From assembly GCA_965226885.1 (NCBI GenBank), contig CBDDEL010000009.1, positions 64,001 to 128,000 on the forward strand: a stretch of DNA of 64,000 nucleotides, written 5' to 3'. The DNA is from Opitutales bacterium (lineage in GTDB: Bacteria > Verrucomicrobiota > Verrucomicrobiia > Opitutales > UBA2987). Position 1 is the first letter of the stretch; every line of letters begins with the position of its first letter. The notes beneath the pieces were generated by a model. It saw only the letters and a list, made by a program, of their open reading frames with translations, had not been told where the DNA came from and ran no database searches. Below, piece by piece: positions 34,285-44,245 of the stretch. The position numbers and the translations under genes were made by a program.

Positions 34285-35178
34285 ATGCATATTCACGGTG
34301 AAGAATTAATCAAAGAATTGGCCCGGAGGGCGCAGGAATACCGCATTCAGGTCTTGAAGATGGTTCACAAGGCCCAGACGGGTCATATAGGTGGAGCCTT
34401 CTCGGTGGCGGAAATTTTAACTTCGCTTTATTTTCATCACTTGCGGATCGACCCTGAACGTCCCGATTGGCTCAATCGCGACCGGCTCCTCTTTTCCAAA
34501 GGGCATGCCTGCGCCATGCTTTATACGGTTCTCGCCAATCGTGGTTTCTTTCCGGTCGAAGAACTTTCCACTTTTCGCTGTTTGGACAGCCGCTTGCAAG
34601 GTCATCCGGATCGGCTGAAACTTCCGGGAGTGGAGATATCTGCAGGTCCTCTGGGACATGGTGTAGCCATTGGAGCCGGCATGGCCCTGGCATTAAAAAC
34701 GGGGGGAAAGCCCTCATCGCTTAGCTCTCCATCATCCCGTTCTTCAAAGGCCCGGGTTTACGTCGTTCTGGGAGATGGCGAAATAAACGCCGGAGTCATT
34801 TGGGAAGGGGCGCTCGTCTCGTCTAAATATCAATTGGGTAATCTGACTGCGATTCTCGATTACAATGGTATTCAGCAAACCGGTGCCACGGCGGATGTTC
34901 TCTCCACTGAACCAATCGCCGATAAATGGCGATCCTTTGGTTGGCATGTGCAGGAAATACACGGTCATAATGTCCGGGAAATCCTGGAAGCCCTCGATCG
35001 GGCGGACGAAGTGCACGCTCGTCCAAGCATAATCATTGCCCGAACAACCAAAGGAAAAGGAGTTCGCCTAAAAGGAGTTCGCCTGTTTGAATACGATCAC
35101 AGATGGCACGGGGCGGCTCCAGATGAAAAGCAATATCTGGAAGCGTTAAAAGACCTCAAAACGGATTTGGTAATATGA
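34285..35178 (+). CDS. Transketolase N-terminal subunit, carrying an in-frame 15-bp duplication
   Basis: SKGHA, LQGHP, GPLGHG and GDGE motifs; KGVRLKGVRL results from the duplication at 35055-35084. Confidence 0.9.
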   Translation: MHIHGEELIKELARRAQEYRIQVLKMVHKAQTGHIGGAFSVAEILTSLYFHHLRIDPERPDWLNRDRLLFSKGHACAMLYTVLANRGFFPVEELSTFRCLDSRLQGHPDRLKLPGVEISAGPLGHGVAIGAGMALALKTGGKPSSLSSPSSRSSKARVYVVLGDGEINAGVIWEGALVSSKYQLGNLTAILDYNGIQQTGATADVLSTEPIADKWRSFGWHVQEIHGHNVREILEALDRADEVHARPSIIIARTTKGKGVRLKGVRLFEYDHRWHGAAPDEKQYLEALKDLKTDLVI

Positions 35179-36130
35179 AAAAAATGGAATCGATGCGCTT
35201 GGCTTACGGTCAGACCCTGGTTGAGTTAGGGGAAACAAACCCGGATGTGGTTGCGCTTAGCGCGGATGTATCGAATTCGGATCACAGTTTCATGTTTCAA
35301 GAGGCCTTTCCCGATCGGTTTTTCAATGTCGGAATCGCCGAACAAGCGCTGGTCGATGTGGCAGTGGGTTTGGCCTATGCGGGAAAAGTTCCGTTTGCCA
35401 ATACATTCGCATTTCTTTTTGCCACCAGGGCGCTTGAAATGATTCGAACGCATCTTTGTTACGGCAAAGCCAATGTAAAATTGATGGCCGCTTACAGCGG
35501 GCTCTCCGATTCGTTCGACGGCCCGACGCACCACTCCATCACCGACTTGGCCATCATGCGGAGTCTTCCCGATATGACGGTGATTATCCCGAGTGATCCG
35601 GTTAGCCTAAAGGGGCTCCTGATTCAAGCGTCTGAGTTGCAAGGCCCGGTATATTTCAGGCTTAACCGAAATGAGGTTCCTGTTATTTTCGACGACAATT
35701 TCACGCCTGAAATAGGAAAGGTGGAGATTTTGCGAGCCGGAAACGCTGTATCCTTGATCGGAACCGGAATCATGGTCAGTCGTAGCCTGGAAGCGGCAGA
35801 GATTTTGGCGGAACAGGGAATTGATGCCAGAGTGATCGATGTCCACACACTTAAACCACTGGACCGAAAATGCATTACTCTTGCCGCCAAGGAAACCAGA
35901 GCCTTGGTAACTGCGGAGGAGCACAGTATAATTGGCGGTCTAGGCAGCGCGGTAACGGAATTGGCCGCCGAAGTTTGCCCGGTGCCCATACGGCGCGTCG
36001 GGATATCGGATCGTTTTGCTGAAACGGGTCCTTATATGCAATTGTTGGATTGTTGGATAAGTATGGAATGGCTGTAGAGAATATCGTAGAAGCGGCCCGC
36101 GAGGTTTTTTCAAAAAAAGCAGGAAATTGA
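35175..36130 (+). pseudogene. Transketolase C-terminal subunit, frameshifted near its 3' end
   Basis: NVGIAEQ, DGPTHH, EEHSIIGGLGS motifs; 8-bp duplication at 36041-36056 whose removal restores LLDKYGMAVENIVEAAREVFSKKAGN. Confidence 0.85.
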
Positions 36131-36175
36131 TTGATAACAGGAATCCGAAGTAAGGCTGTAGAACTTTAAAAAAAT

Positions 36176-36252
36176 TGGTCGGGGCGACTGGATTTGAACC
36201 AGCGACCTCTGCGTCCCGAACGCAGCGCTCTGCCAGGCTGAGCTACGCCCCG
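36176..36252 (-). tRNA. tRNA-Pro(CGG)
   Basis: CGGGGCGTAGCTCAGCCTGGCAGAGCGCTGCGTTCGGGACGCAG...GTCGCCCCGACCA; cloverleaf with encoded CCA. Confidence 0.95.
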
Positions 36253-36268
36253 ATTTGCCTTTTATCTA

Positions 36269-38109
36269 GAGGCTGTCCCAAAAGGGTGATTTTTGCGAGG
36301 GCTTTTGATAGGCGCTCATTTTAGAGGTATTTGCATTTGGGAGAGTATCAACTTTGCTCTCCTATAACGTTAGGATACTGGTTTTGGGGTCCGGTTGCCT
36401 GGTTTTCTTTGTATGAGCCGACAGTACGGCTGTGAAAAAGTATTGTCCTTGCTTTTCCGCTCTCTAGGCCGCCGCTTTGGTTTTTAGTTCGTCTTGCTGG
36501 GCCAGCATCTTGGCTACTTTCCATAGGTTGTGCGAGAGTACCGACCAGGGGTTGTGCGAGAGTACCGACCAGGCTACGCTGATCGAGCGGTTGGCAAAGC
36601 CTTTGCTGCGCAACCGCCCGGCCTGCCAGCGATTCTTCAATACCCCGATCCGCCCTTCGGTGCTGGCCCGGCGCTTTTGCAATTGTCTGAACAGTGGTTC
36701 CTCCATCCGTTTTTTCAACTGCTTCGGATCGCGTGGACAGAGCGCGTCGTAGATTCCCTCCTGGGCTAACTGCCGGCGGGCCCGCTGGGAGGCAAATCCC
36801 CGGTCCGCGCACATGGCCGCTATGGGTTCTTCCAGGTTGAAGCGGTTCTGTCTTTGCAAACTCTCTTGCATTTGTTCATTTTCGCTTGGAGTTCGGCTGC
36901 CGTAGAGTTTCCAGTCCAGCAGGTACCCTTCAACGCTTTCTCCCAAAAACAGGGTGTTGCCGAACTCGACCTCTTGGCCCGCTTTACCTCGCACAATCAC
37001 CTGCACATCGAGTTCGTAAACACTCAAGACTTTCTCTGCGTTTTTCACCTGGCGGCCGCCAATGATCCGCTCGTGCGCCTGTTTGATGACCACCGGGATT
37101 TGCTCGCTCATGCGCTCCATCCGGGCGAGGATCTGTTGGACCTGTTTTTCGCTGTAATCGCTTTGCTCCCAGCAGGCTTGCAATAATTCCCGGTGACTGC
37201 GGGCATGCTCCCCGATCCGTTTGAGCAGCTTTTTCATCTGCCTCAAGATACCCTTGCGCTGCCGCGCGCTGTCCTTTCGCCGCCGGCTGTGGGTCATCTG
37301 TATGCACAGCCGATTCATCTGCCGAGCCAAGGGCTCCGGTTCGATCGGCATGCGATGGCGCAAACCGGCCTTCTCGCGGATCAGCCGGATCGCTTTGAGC
37401 AACGTGCCGGCTACATCCTTGAGTAATACCCAGTCCGTCGGCCAATGAATGTTAGCCTCCAAACAGGTGCCGTCGCTCAGGCAAATGGTGGGGTCAATCG
37501 GCTTGTCCAATCCCACCTGCCGGGCCAGAAGGGCATCGCCCACCACCTCAGTCAAGGTCCGGTGCAAGGCCCTCAACTGCTCTTCGCTGAAAAACTTCGA
37601 GGCCCGCTCCAGGGTGCTTTTGGAGATGCCCCTGATGCCATCGATCTGCCGGACACGGCAAAAGTCGGCCAACAGATCGCTGCTGCCCAGAGCCCGCGAC
37701 AAATGCCGAAACGAAATCCCTCCGAGCAGACGGCCCAGCGTATCCATGCGCAGTGCCTTGATGGCAAAACTGGCCCGCTGCCGCCGGGCCTTTAGACCCA
37801 TTGGCGGCCACCCCTCCAAGGCCAGCTCAATGGCCTGCGATTCCACCTCCGAGTCGATCAGCAGCCGATCGATTCGATCAATGGTGGCGCGGAAGTTATC
37901 GTAATCGAGGCACCGGTCGACCACAGTTAAAGCTGGACGCAGGAGGCATTGGATGGCTATATTTCTCATAGAAAGGGCTATATTGATTTTCGCTAACTCA
38001 ATTATAGAACCCTTTTTTGGCCGGATCGAGCAAAAACTTGCTCTTTCCGGCTCTTTTTATCAACGTCATCCAGTTGACTATAAAATCTTTATATTTTTGG
38101 GACAGCCTC
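36269..38109 (-). mobile_element. IS5/ISNCY-like element, copy 2; transposase 36464-37969 with in-frame 24-bp duplication
   Basis: Same inverted repeats; length 1817+24; flanks do not match (TTATCTA / CAACTA). Confidence 0.92.
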
Positions 38110-38114
38110 CAACT

Positions 38115-39665
38115 ATGTCTAATCGAATGTGGAATAGAGTAATAACTTTAACATATCTGGGGATTTGCCTTGCCAGCGTTGCTCTACAGCCTGAAGCGAG
38201 TGCCAAATCCGGCGAACTTGCAAGCTTTCGGTTTACCGTCACTGGTGATCCCCGCAATGAGGTGTTGAAATGGGAACATACCCTCGAACAAATTACCGAT
38301 AAGGTGGGCGATGAGGGCGCTTTCCATATCACTGCGGGTGATTATTTCCAGCATGGCTCAATAACCATGGCGGTCGATTTTTATGAGAGCCTGAAAAAGG
38401 AATTTGGGGACGATGTGGTTTGGTATCCAACAGTCGGGAATCACGAGACCCAGGAAGACAGTACCGATGTGGAATGGCTCCGAAAGTATTACCATGATTA
38501 TCTCAAAGGAACGGTCAATCCAGGTCCCCCCAACGGAGTCGAAACCATCTATTCGTTCGACTATGAGGATGCCCACTTTGTGCAACTCAACCAGTATTAT
38601 GACGGGGAGACGGACAAGCATCATGACGGGGATTTCCGCGACGCCCTTTACAATTGGCTGGTTGAGGACTTAGAGAAAAATACAAAACCTCTGATTTTCG
38701 TGGTCTATCATGCGCCCTTGTTTCCGGAAGGGCGGGGCGGCAAGAAAAATGATGGGGATCCGGAATATACTAAACGTTTCTGGAAACTCATGGAAGATAA
38801 GAAAGTTATAGCCGCCATCTGCGCCGACACGCATACTTATGGGAGAGGGCGCTACGCGGGCAATCCTTACACTTGGGAAATAGACGTCGGTAATGCGGGC
38901 CGTCAAAGCCACGCCGACCGGCATCAAACTTTTTTGGACGTCATTGTAACGGGAAGCGAGGTGCGATTCAATGCATGGCAAGGACTCGAAGGGGAGGAGT
39001 TCGAAATCACGGACACGTGGACCGTCAATGGAGCTGAAGTCACACACATTTGGACGGCGCCTCAAGCCCAATCGGATTCTAATAGAATAGTGGCGCCTGA
39101 GACTGTTATGGCAGCCCTTAAGACCTTCGCTCAAGGCACTGAGATCGACGATTATATTGAACGGGCCGAAGAAGACGGGATAATTGTATACGAGGCCAGT
39201 ATCAAAAGGGATAATAAGGAGATCGGTGTCACCCTGTCTGAGACTGGAGATATCCTGGAGGTAGAGGAGGAGGAAGAAATCTCTTGGGAGCAACTTCCTC
39301 TCCGGGCGCGAGCTGCCTTGGAAAAGATTGATCCGCATAACCGACCGGGAGATATCAAATTCGTCACCAGCGACGGTATAAGCTTTTACGACGTCGGGTA
39401 TGCATTAAAGGGGTCAGGCCGTGATGTTTCCTTGAGTGAGGATGGTGAAGTTTTAGAAATCGGGCAGCCGATTCGCGCCTCAAGACTGCCTTCGGCTATC
39501 CTTGAACAGATCGCCAAGCGCTATCCTGGAGCGGCCATTAAGGAAGCGGAATCAAAAACAATAACCCACTACGAAATCACGTTGCACGAAAATGGCAAAC
39601 TAACCGAAGTCGAGGCGATTGCCACCGGTGAAATTGATGAGAACGATGGTGACGCCGAGAAATGA
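38115..39665 (+). CDS. Secreted metallophosphoesterase fused to C-terminal PepSY-like repeats
   Basis: VTGD, TAGDY, VGNHE, YHAP, ADTH motifs; repeated YE(A/I)...G.ILE units; native ATG likely at 38115. Confidence 0.8.
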   Translation: MSNRMWNRVITLTYLGICLASVALQPEASAKSGELASFRFTVTGDPRNEVLKWEHTLEQITDKVGDEGAFHITAGDYFQHGSITMAVDFYESLKKEFGDDVVWYPTVGNHETQEDSTDVEWLRKYYHDYLKGTVNPGPPNGVETIYSFDYEDAHFVQLNQYYDGETDKHHDGDFRDALYNWLVEDLEKNTKPLIFVVYHAPLFPEGRGGKKNDGDPEYTKRFWKLMEDKKVIAAICADTHTYGRGRYAGNPYTWEIDVGNAGRQSHADRHQTFLDVIVTGSEVRFNAWQGLEGEEFEITDTWTVNGAEVTHIWTAPQAQSDSNRIVAPETVMAALKTFAQGTEIDDYIERAEEDGIIVYEASIKRDNKEIGVTLSETGDILEVEEEEEISWEQLPLRARAALEKIDPHNRPGDIKFVTSDGISFYDVGYALKGSGRDVSLSEDGEVLEIGQPIRASRLPSAILEQIAKRYPGAAIKEAESKTITHYEITLHENGKLTEVEAIATGEIDENDGDAEK

Positions 39666-39722
39666 CAGAACTGTCATCTCTGCCAAAGTTGATTTGTAAC
39701 CTTAAATGGTTATAATTATTGA

Positions 39723-41693
39723 ATGCTAAAAATGAATGTGACTCGTATTATTCCAATAATCCTGTTGGGATCGATTATTCCGTTGAAAGCGGCGACGCAG
39801 CCCCCGCCGATTGGAGAATCGGCGAAAGAACCCGTCAAGTATATTGGCGCAAAGCAAACCGACAAACATTACTTCCATGGCGGCCTGCGCCATGCTGTGG
39901 GCGTGCATCGCTATCAGGCACTGCGCGCCAATCGTGAATACCCGCCCGAGGTCGGCAGTGAGGCTGGATGGACATATAATCACCAACCCAATTTGGCGTA
40001 TTGGAATGACCTTTTTTATCTCCATTACATGAGCAACCGGGTCGAGGAACACCTCCCGCCCAGTCGTACTCTGCTGATGACATCGAAAGACGGACGCCAC
40101 TGGTCGCAGCCCGTCATTATATTCCCGGAGTATGAACTGCCGGAAATCAGGTTTGGCCCCGAGGCCGGTTGGAATAAGAGAGGGGAGCTGCACGAGGAAA
40201 TTTTTGTGGCGGCCGGGACCAAGTCGATCATGCATCAGCGCATGGGTTTCTATATCGCCCCCGATGGGCGAATGCTTACCCTAGCGTTCTACAGCTTCCT
40301 ACCCCATACGCGCCTGTCGGCATCCATTTACGGCCTCGGTCTGGGCAATGTGGTTCGGGAAGTTTACAAAGATGGCACATTCGGCCCGATATACTTTATC
40401 CGTTACAACACACACGCCGGCTGGAACGAGAACAACACTAAATATCCGTTTTATAAGCGGAACGCCGACAAGGGCTTTGTGGACGCCTGCGACGCCCTGC
40501 TCAAAGACAAACTGATGACCCTGCAATGGTGGGAGATGGATCGATCGACCGACGGTTTTTACCCGATCGAGCCGGGCGATCTGGAACCCAAGGCGTTGAG
40601 CTATTACCACCGGCCCGACGGCGTCGTGGTCGGTCTTTGGAAAAACGCGACTTCCGCGCTGACAGACAATGAGGGCCGGTCCTGGACGGATTTCGCCCAC
40701 TCGTCGACTCTGAAAACTTGCTTCGCCAAAATTTGGGGCCAGCGGTCTGAGGACGGGCTTTTCGCTCTGGTTTACAATCATTCCGCCACACGACGTAATC
40801 GGTTTCCGCTCGTCGTGATGACTGGCGAGGACGGTCACATCTTCGACAACATGCTCTGCCTGCACGGTGAAGTGCCGCCGATGCGCTATCAGGGTATTCA
40901 TAAAAACATCGGTCCCCAATATATCCGGGGCATTATGGAGAAAAACGGCGATCCACCCGGCAAGCACATGTGGAACACTTACAGCATGAACAAGGAGGAT
41001 ATGTGGGTCAGCCGCACACATCTGCCGATAAGCGGAACCGTCGAAAATCATGTGAACCAGAACTTTGACAGCGCAAGGACCGAGTCGGATCTCGAACTGT
41101 GGAACTTCCATATACCACAGTGGGCGCCGATCTCGGTCCTCAGCTTGCCGGGATCAACCAATCGCGTCCTGGAACTCAGGGATGAGGACCCCTATGATTA
41201 CGCGTTGGCCGAGCGGGCTTTTCCCGTCAGCCAAAAAGCAACCGTGGAATTCCAGGTATTATCCCGGAAGACCGGAATGAACATCCTTGAATTTGAAATT
41301 CACGATCAAGATGGCCGACGGGCGCTACGGCTGCGGTTCGAGCCGACCGCGCTCACCCTGGACCTGATGAAGGTGGAACCGCGGCCACTTGCTTTCAGGA
41401 CCAATCACTGGCATCGGATCAAGATCGAATTCGATTGTGAAAAGCAGAGTTACGATCTGTGGGTGAATGATGAACTAGCCATAAAGGGCGTGGAATTCGC
41501 ATCTAACGTAGAGTCACTGGAACGGATGGTGTTTCGGACCGGCTCGTGGCGAGGAGACGTACGGATGTTCATCCTGAACGGCGAACCGGGCAATCCCGGC
41601 CTCTACATGGAGGATCTGCCGGGCGCATCGCAAAAAACAGCGGCGAGTGTATTCTGGATTGATAACGTGAAAACCCATACCGCCAGTAATTAG
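39723..41693 (+). CDS. Secreted sialidase-like beta-propeller glycoside hydrolase (GH143-like)
   Basis: Signal peptide, Asp-box SKDGRHW; GWTYNHQPNLAYWN resembles, from recall, the N-terminal module of Bacteroides BT1020. Confidence 0.65.
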   Translation: MLKMNVTRIIPIILLGSIIPLKAATQPPPIGESAKEPVKYIGAKQTDKHYFHGGLRHAVGVHRYQALRANREYPPEVGSEAGWTYNHQPNLAYWNDLFYLHYMSNRVEEHLPPSRTLLMTSKDGRHWSQPVIIFPEYELPEIRFGPEAGWNKRGELHEEIFVAAGTKSIMHQRMGFYIAPDGRMLTLAFYSFLPHTRLSASIYGLGLGNVVREVYKDGTFGPIYFIRYNTHAGWNENNTKYPFYKRNADKGFVDACDALLKDKLMTLQWWEMDRSTDGFYPIEPGDLEPKALSYYHRPDGVVVGLWKNATSALTDNEGRSWTDFAHSSTLKTCFAKIWGQRSEDGLFALVYNHSATRRNRFPLVVMTGEDGHIFDNMLCLHGEVPPMRYQGIHKNIGPQYIRGIMEKNGDPPGKHMWNTYSMNKEDMWVSRTHLPISGTVENHVNQNFDSARTESDLELWNFHIPQWAPISVLSLPGSTNRVLELRDEDPYDYALAERAFPVSQKATVEFQVLSRKTGMNILEFEIHDQDGRRALRLRFEPTALTLDLMKVEPRPLAFRTNHWHRIKIEFDCEKQSYDLWVNDELAIKGVEFASNVESLERMVFRTGSWRGDVRMFILNGEPGNPGLYMEDLPGASQKTAASVFWIDNVKTHTASN

Positions 41694-41780
41694 AACCATG
41701 GATAAGCAGACGACGAGAAATGACAAAACTGTCATCTCTGCCAAAGTTGAATTTTAATCTTCAATGGTTATATTTATTGA

Positions 41781-41908
41781 ATGTCAAAAATGAATGTGAT
41801 TCGTATTTTTCCGATAATCCTGATGGGATCGATTGTTCCCTTCCCGGCGGCGACGCAAAGGTCGGTCTCAGTGTTTATTGGATCGACGATGTGAAGACTG
41901 GAAATTGA
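41781..41908 (+). pseudogene. Internally deleted paralogue of the 39723-41693 gene
   Basis: Signal-peptide coding sequence MSKMNVIRIFPIILMGSIVPFPAATQ joined out of frame to VGLSVYWIDDVKTGN, homologous to the upstream gene's C-terminus. Confidence 0.8.
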
Positions 41909-41912
41909 AGGA

Positions 41913-44222
41913 TTGGATAAAATGCGAAATGGTTTTTGCACTTTGGTAATTTTCAGCACTATCAGCTTATCGGCTCTGGCTGCTGGTGCGGAAGTTGCGG
42001 GTAAAAATGAGCCCGCTCCGCGGCAGGCATATCCAGACCGGAACACGGTTACCCTATGGCTGTTCGATGAGATTGATTATCCGCACGCGACTCTGACCGA
42101 TGCCAGTGAATACGCCAAAGCCGACTTGTGCCTGATGGATGGCGGCCACCTGGTGGGTGGAAAATTCGGAAACGCCCTGCAAGTCACGGGCACTGATTAC
42201 GCTCTCTGTTACGCGGGATTTGCCGGTAAAGTATCCGAAGAGGATTTGCGCGAGCGTGATGGAACTCCCAGCGCCCTTTGGGGACCGACGGAGGGACCCG
42301 GTGCGCTTCTCGATGGACTGGCGGGCGACCGGTGGACGATTGAATTCTGGCTGAATCCCGCATCGGTTGCCCACGATTTCTCAATCATCGACATGGGCCA
42401 GGCCGATGCACCGGGGTTATCATTAAGGCTGTCCGCTGGCGATTTTGAACTCATCAATTATTATGCGGGCGTGAAGGCGGTCTTGCCCGCTGATTTGTCG
42501 GCGGGGAAATGGCAGCACATTGCGATTAACCGCGACGGTTCCAGTGTCGAGTGCTTCGTAAATGGCGAGAAACAAACACGTTTGTCCAAGATTTTTTCAA
42601 TCGAGACACAGGCCATACCGAATCTGCAAAAGCCGGAAGATCGCGAGGGTGAACACCGGAACTTCAAACCTATGACTTTCGATCAGCGTCGCCGAAACCG
42701 CTTCAATGTGGCTATCGGAGCAGATCGCAATGGAAGTGACGGCATGAAGGGCCTGATCGACGAAATTCGCATATCGAATGTGGCCCGTTACAACGCCGAC
42801 TTTATCCCGGCGAGCTTTTCCAGGAATTACGGCCCAAATGCACCCGGGCCACCAGTCGCCAATGGTCCGGCTCTCCTATTTGACCCCGAACCGGTTTCGT
42901 TGCCGCTCAAGTTTGATGCGCGCAAGCATGTCTTTATCGACGACGCGATCATCGATACCCAGGCGAACCTGAGGATTACCATGAACCAGCCGTTCGATAA
43001 GCGGGAGATCGGCAAGGATTTTGCGATTACAAGATCCTCATTACGGGGAAGCGTTTTTGATGTGAATGGTGTAGTCTTTATGGCACTACCCGAGGGTTAC
43101 AGCTCCGAAAAGGGAACGACGTATCTGGCGACATCCGAAGACGGACTCAATTTTACGATGAAGGGTCTCATTATGCCGGAAACGTCAATGTATGGTTCAT
43201 TCTTTAAAGACCTTAATCCAGGTGTTCCGGCCAGTGAGAAATACAAGGTTAACTCATTTGTAGCCAGCCGTGGCATGTATTTTTACACCTCCGGCGACGG
43301 CATCAATTGGCGCAGGAATGAAGTGAGCCAGCTTCCCCTTCGGTCGGGCGGCGAAGGCGAGTGCTTCTGGGATGATCAACGGGGTAGATACACCAGCTAC
43401 ATCAAGCGCGACAGCAGCTTCCACAACGAAGAGTGCCCAAGAGCAGGCGGCCGGGTCGGAGTGGGTTTCTGGACTAATGAAATTCTCAAACCCTGGCCCT
43501 TCCATCAAATGGATACGCCCTACTTTGAAGGATATCCTTTCCCGTCCGTCACTTGCGAAGGCCCGACCTCATTCGGCATTACCGAAGCCGGGGAGGTTTA
43601 CCGGATCAGGGCTATCAAATACCCATGGGCACCGGATGTTTACCTCGCATTCATCTGGAGGTTTAGTCCCGAAAATGACGAAGTCAGGCATATTGACCTT
43701 GGAATTAGCCGCGATGGTGAAAACTGGACATTCTCAGGTACCGATTGGTACATACCACTTGGATCGCAAGAGGAAGAACTTACGCTCTACGGACTCATCC
43801 GGCGAGGCGATGAAATATGGCAATATGTAGATGAAGGCGGCGCGCATGGAGGCGACTCCAAACGGGTTTATTATCGTTACACCCAGCGGTTGGACGGATT
43901 TATCTCTCTCGATGCAGGTGCCGAGGCCGGTACCGCAACCACACTGCCCTTGATTTATAAGGGTGATCAGCTTGTTCTCAATCTTAAAGCGAAGGGTTCC
44001 GTCAAAGTAGCCATTACGGACGCGAAGGGTAGGGCGTATCCAGGTTTTGATCTTGACGACTGCGACCCGATCACTGGCGACATGGTCGAAAAAACCGTCA
44101 CCTGGCATGGCAATGCAAGCGTCAAGGAAATGGCGGGAAAAACAGTGCGCCTGAAATTCCGAATGCAGGAAGCAAAACTATTCGCCTTTGAATTTACCAA
44201 CCGCGTTCCGTCGAAAAACTAA
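41913..44222 (+). CDS. Secreted LamG-like plus beta-propeller putative glycoside hydrolase
   Basis: LWLFDE, GKFGNAL, WTIEFW, WQHIA, IDEIRIS; Asp-boxes SGDGINW and SRDGENW; RLDGFISL C-terminal domain. Confidence 0.7.
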   Translation: MDKMRNGFCTLVIFSTISLSALAAGAEVAGKNEPAPRQAYPDRNTVTLWLFDEIDYPHATLTDASEYAKADLCLMDGGHLVGGKFGNALQVTGTDYALCYAGFAGKVSEEDLRERDGTPSALWGPTEGPGALLDGLAGDRWTIEFWLNPASVAHDFSIIDMGQADAPGLSLRLSAGDFELINYYAGVKAVLPADLSAGKWQHIAINRDGSSVECFVNGEKQTRLSKIFSIETQAIPNLQKPEDREGEHRNFKPMTFDQRRRNRFNVAIGADRNGSDGMKGLIDEIRISNVARYNADFIPASFSRNYGPNAPGPPVANGPALLFDPEPVSLPLKFDARKHVFIDDAIIDTQANLRITMNQPFDKREIGKDFAITRSSLRGSVFDVNGVVFMALPEGYSSEKGTTYLATSEDGLNFTMKGLIMPETSMYGSFFKDLNPGVPASEKYKVNSFVASRGMYFYTSGDGINWRRNEVSQLPLRSGGEGECFWDDQRGRYTSYIKRDSSFHNEECPRAGGRVGVGFWTNEILKPWPFHQMDTPYFEGYPFPSVTCEGPTSFGITEAGEVYRIRAIKYPWAPDVYLAFIWRFSPENDEVRHIDLGISRDGENWTFSGTDWYIPLGSQEEELTLYGLIRRGDEIWQYVDEGGAHGGDSKRVYYRYTQRLDGFISLDAGAEAGTATTLPLIYKGDQLVLNLKAKGSVKVAITDAKGRAYPGFDLDDCDPITGDMVEKTVTWHGNASVKEMAGKTVRLKFRMQEAKLFAFEFTNRVPSKN

Positions 44223-44245
44223 ACCATAAACTAATAATACCCGTT

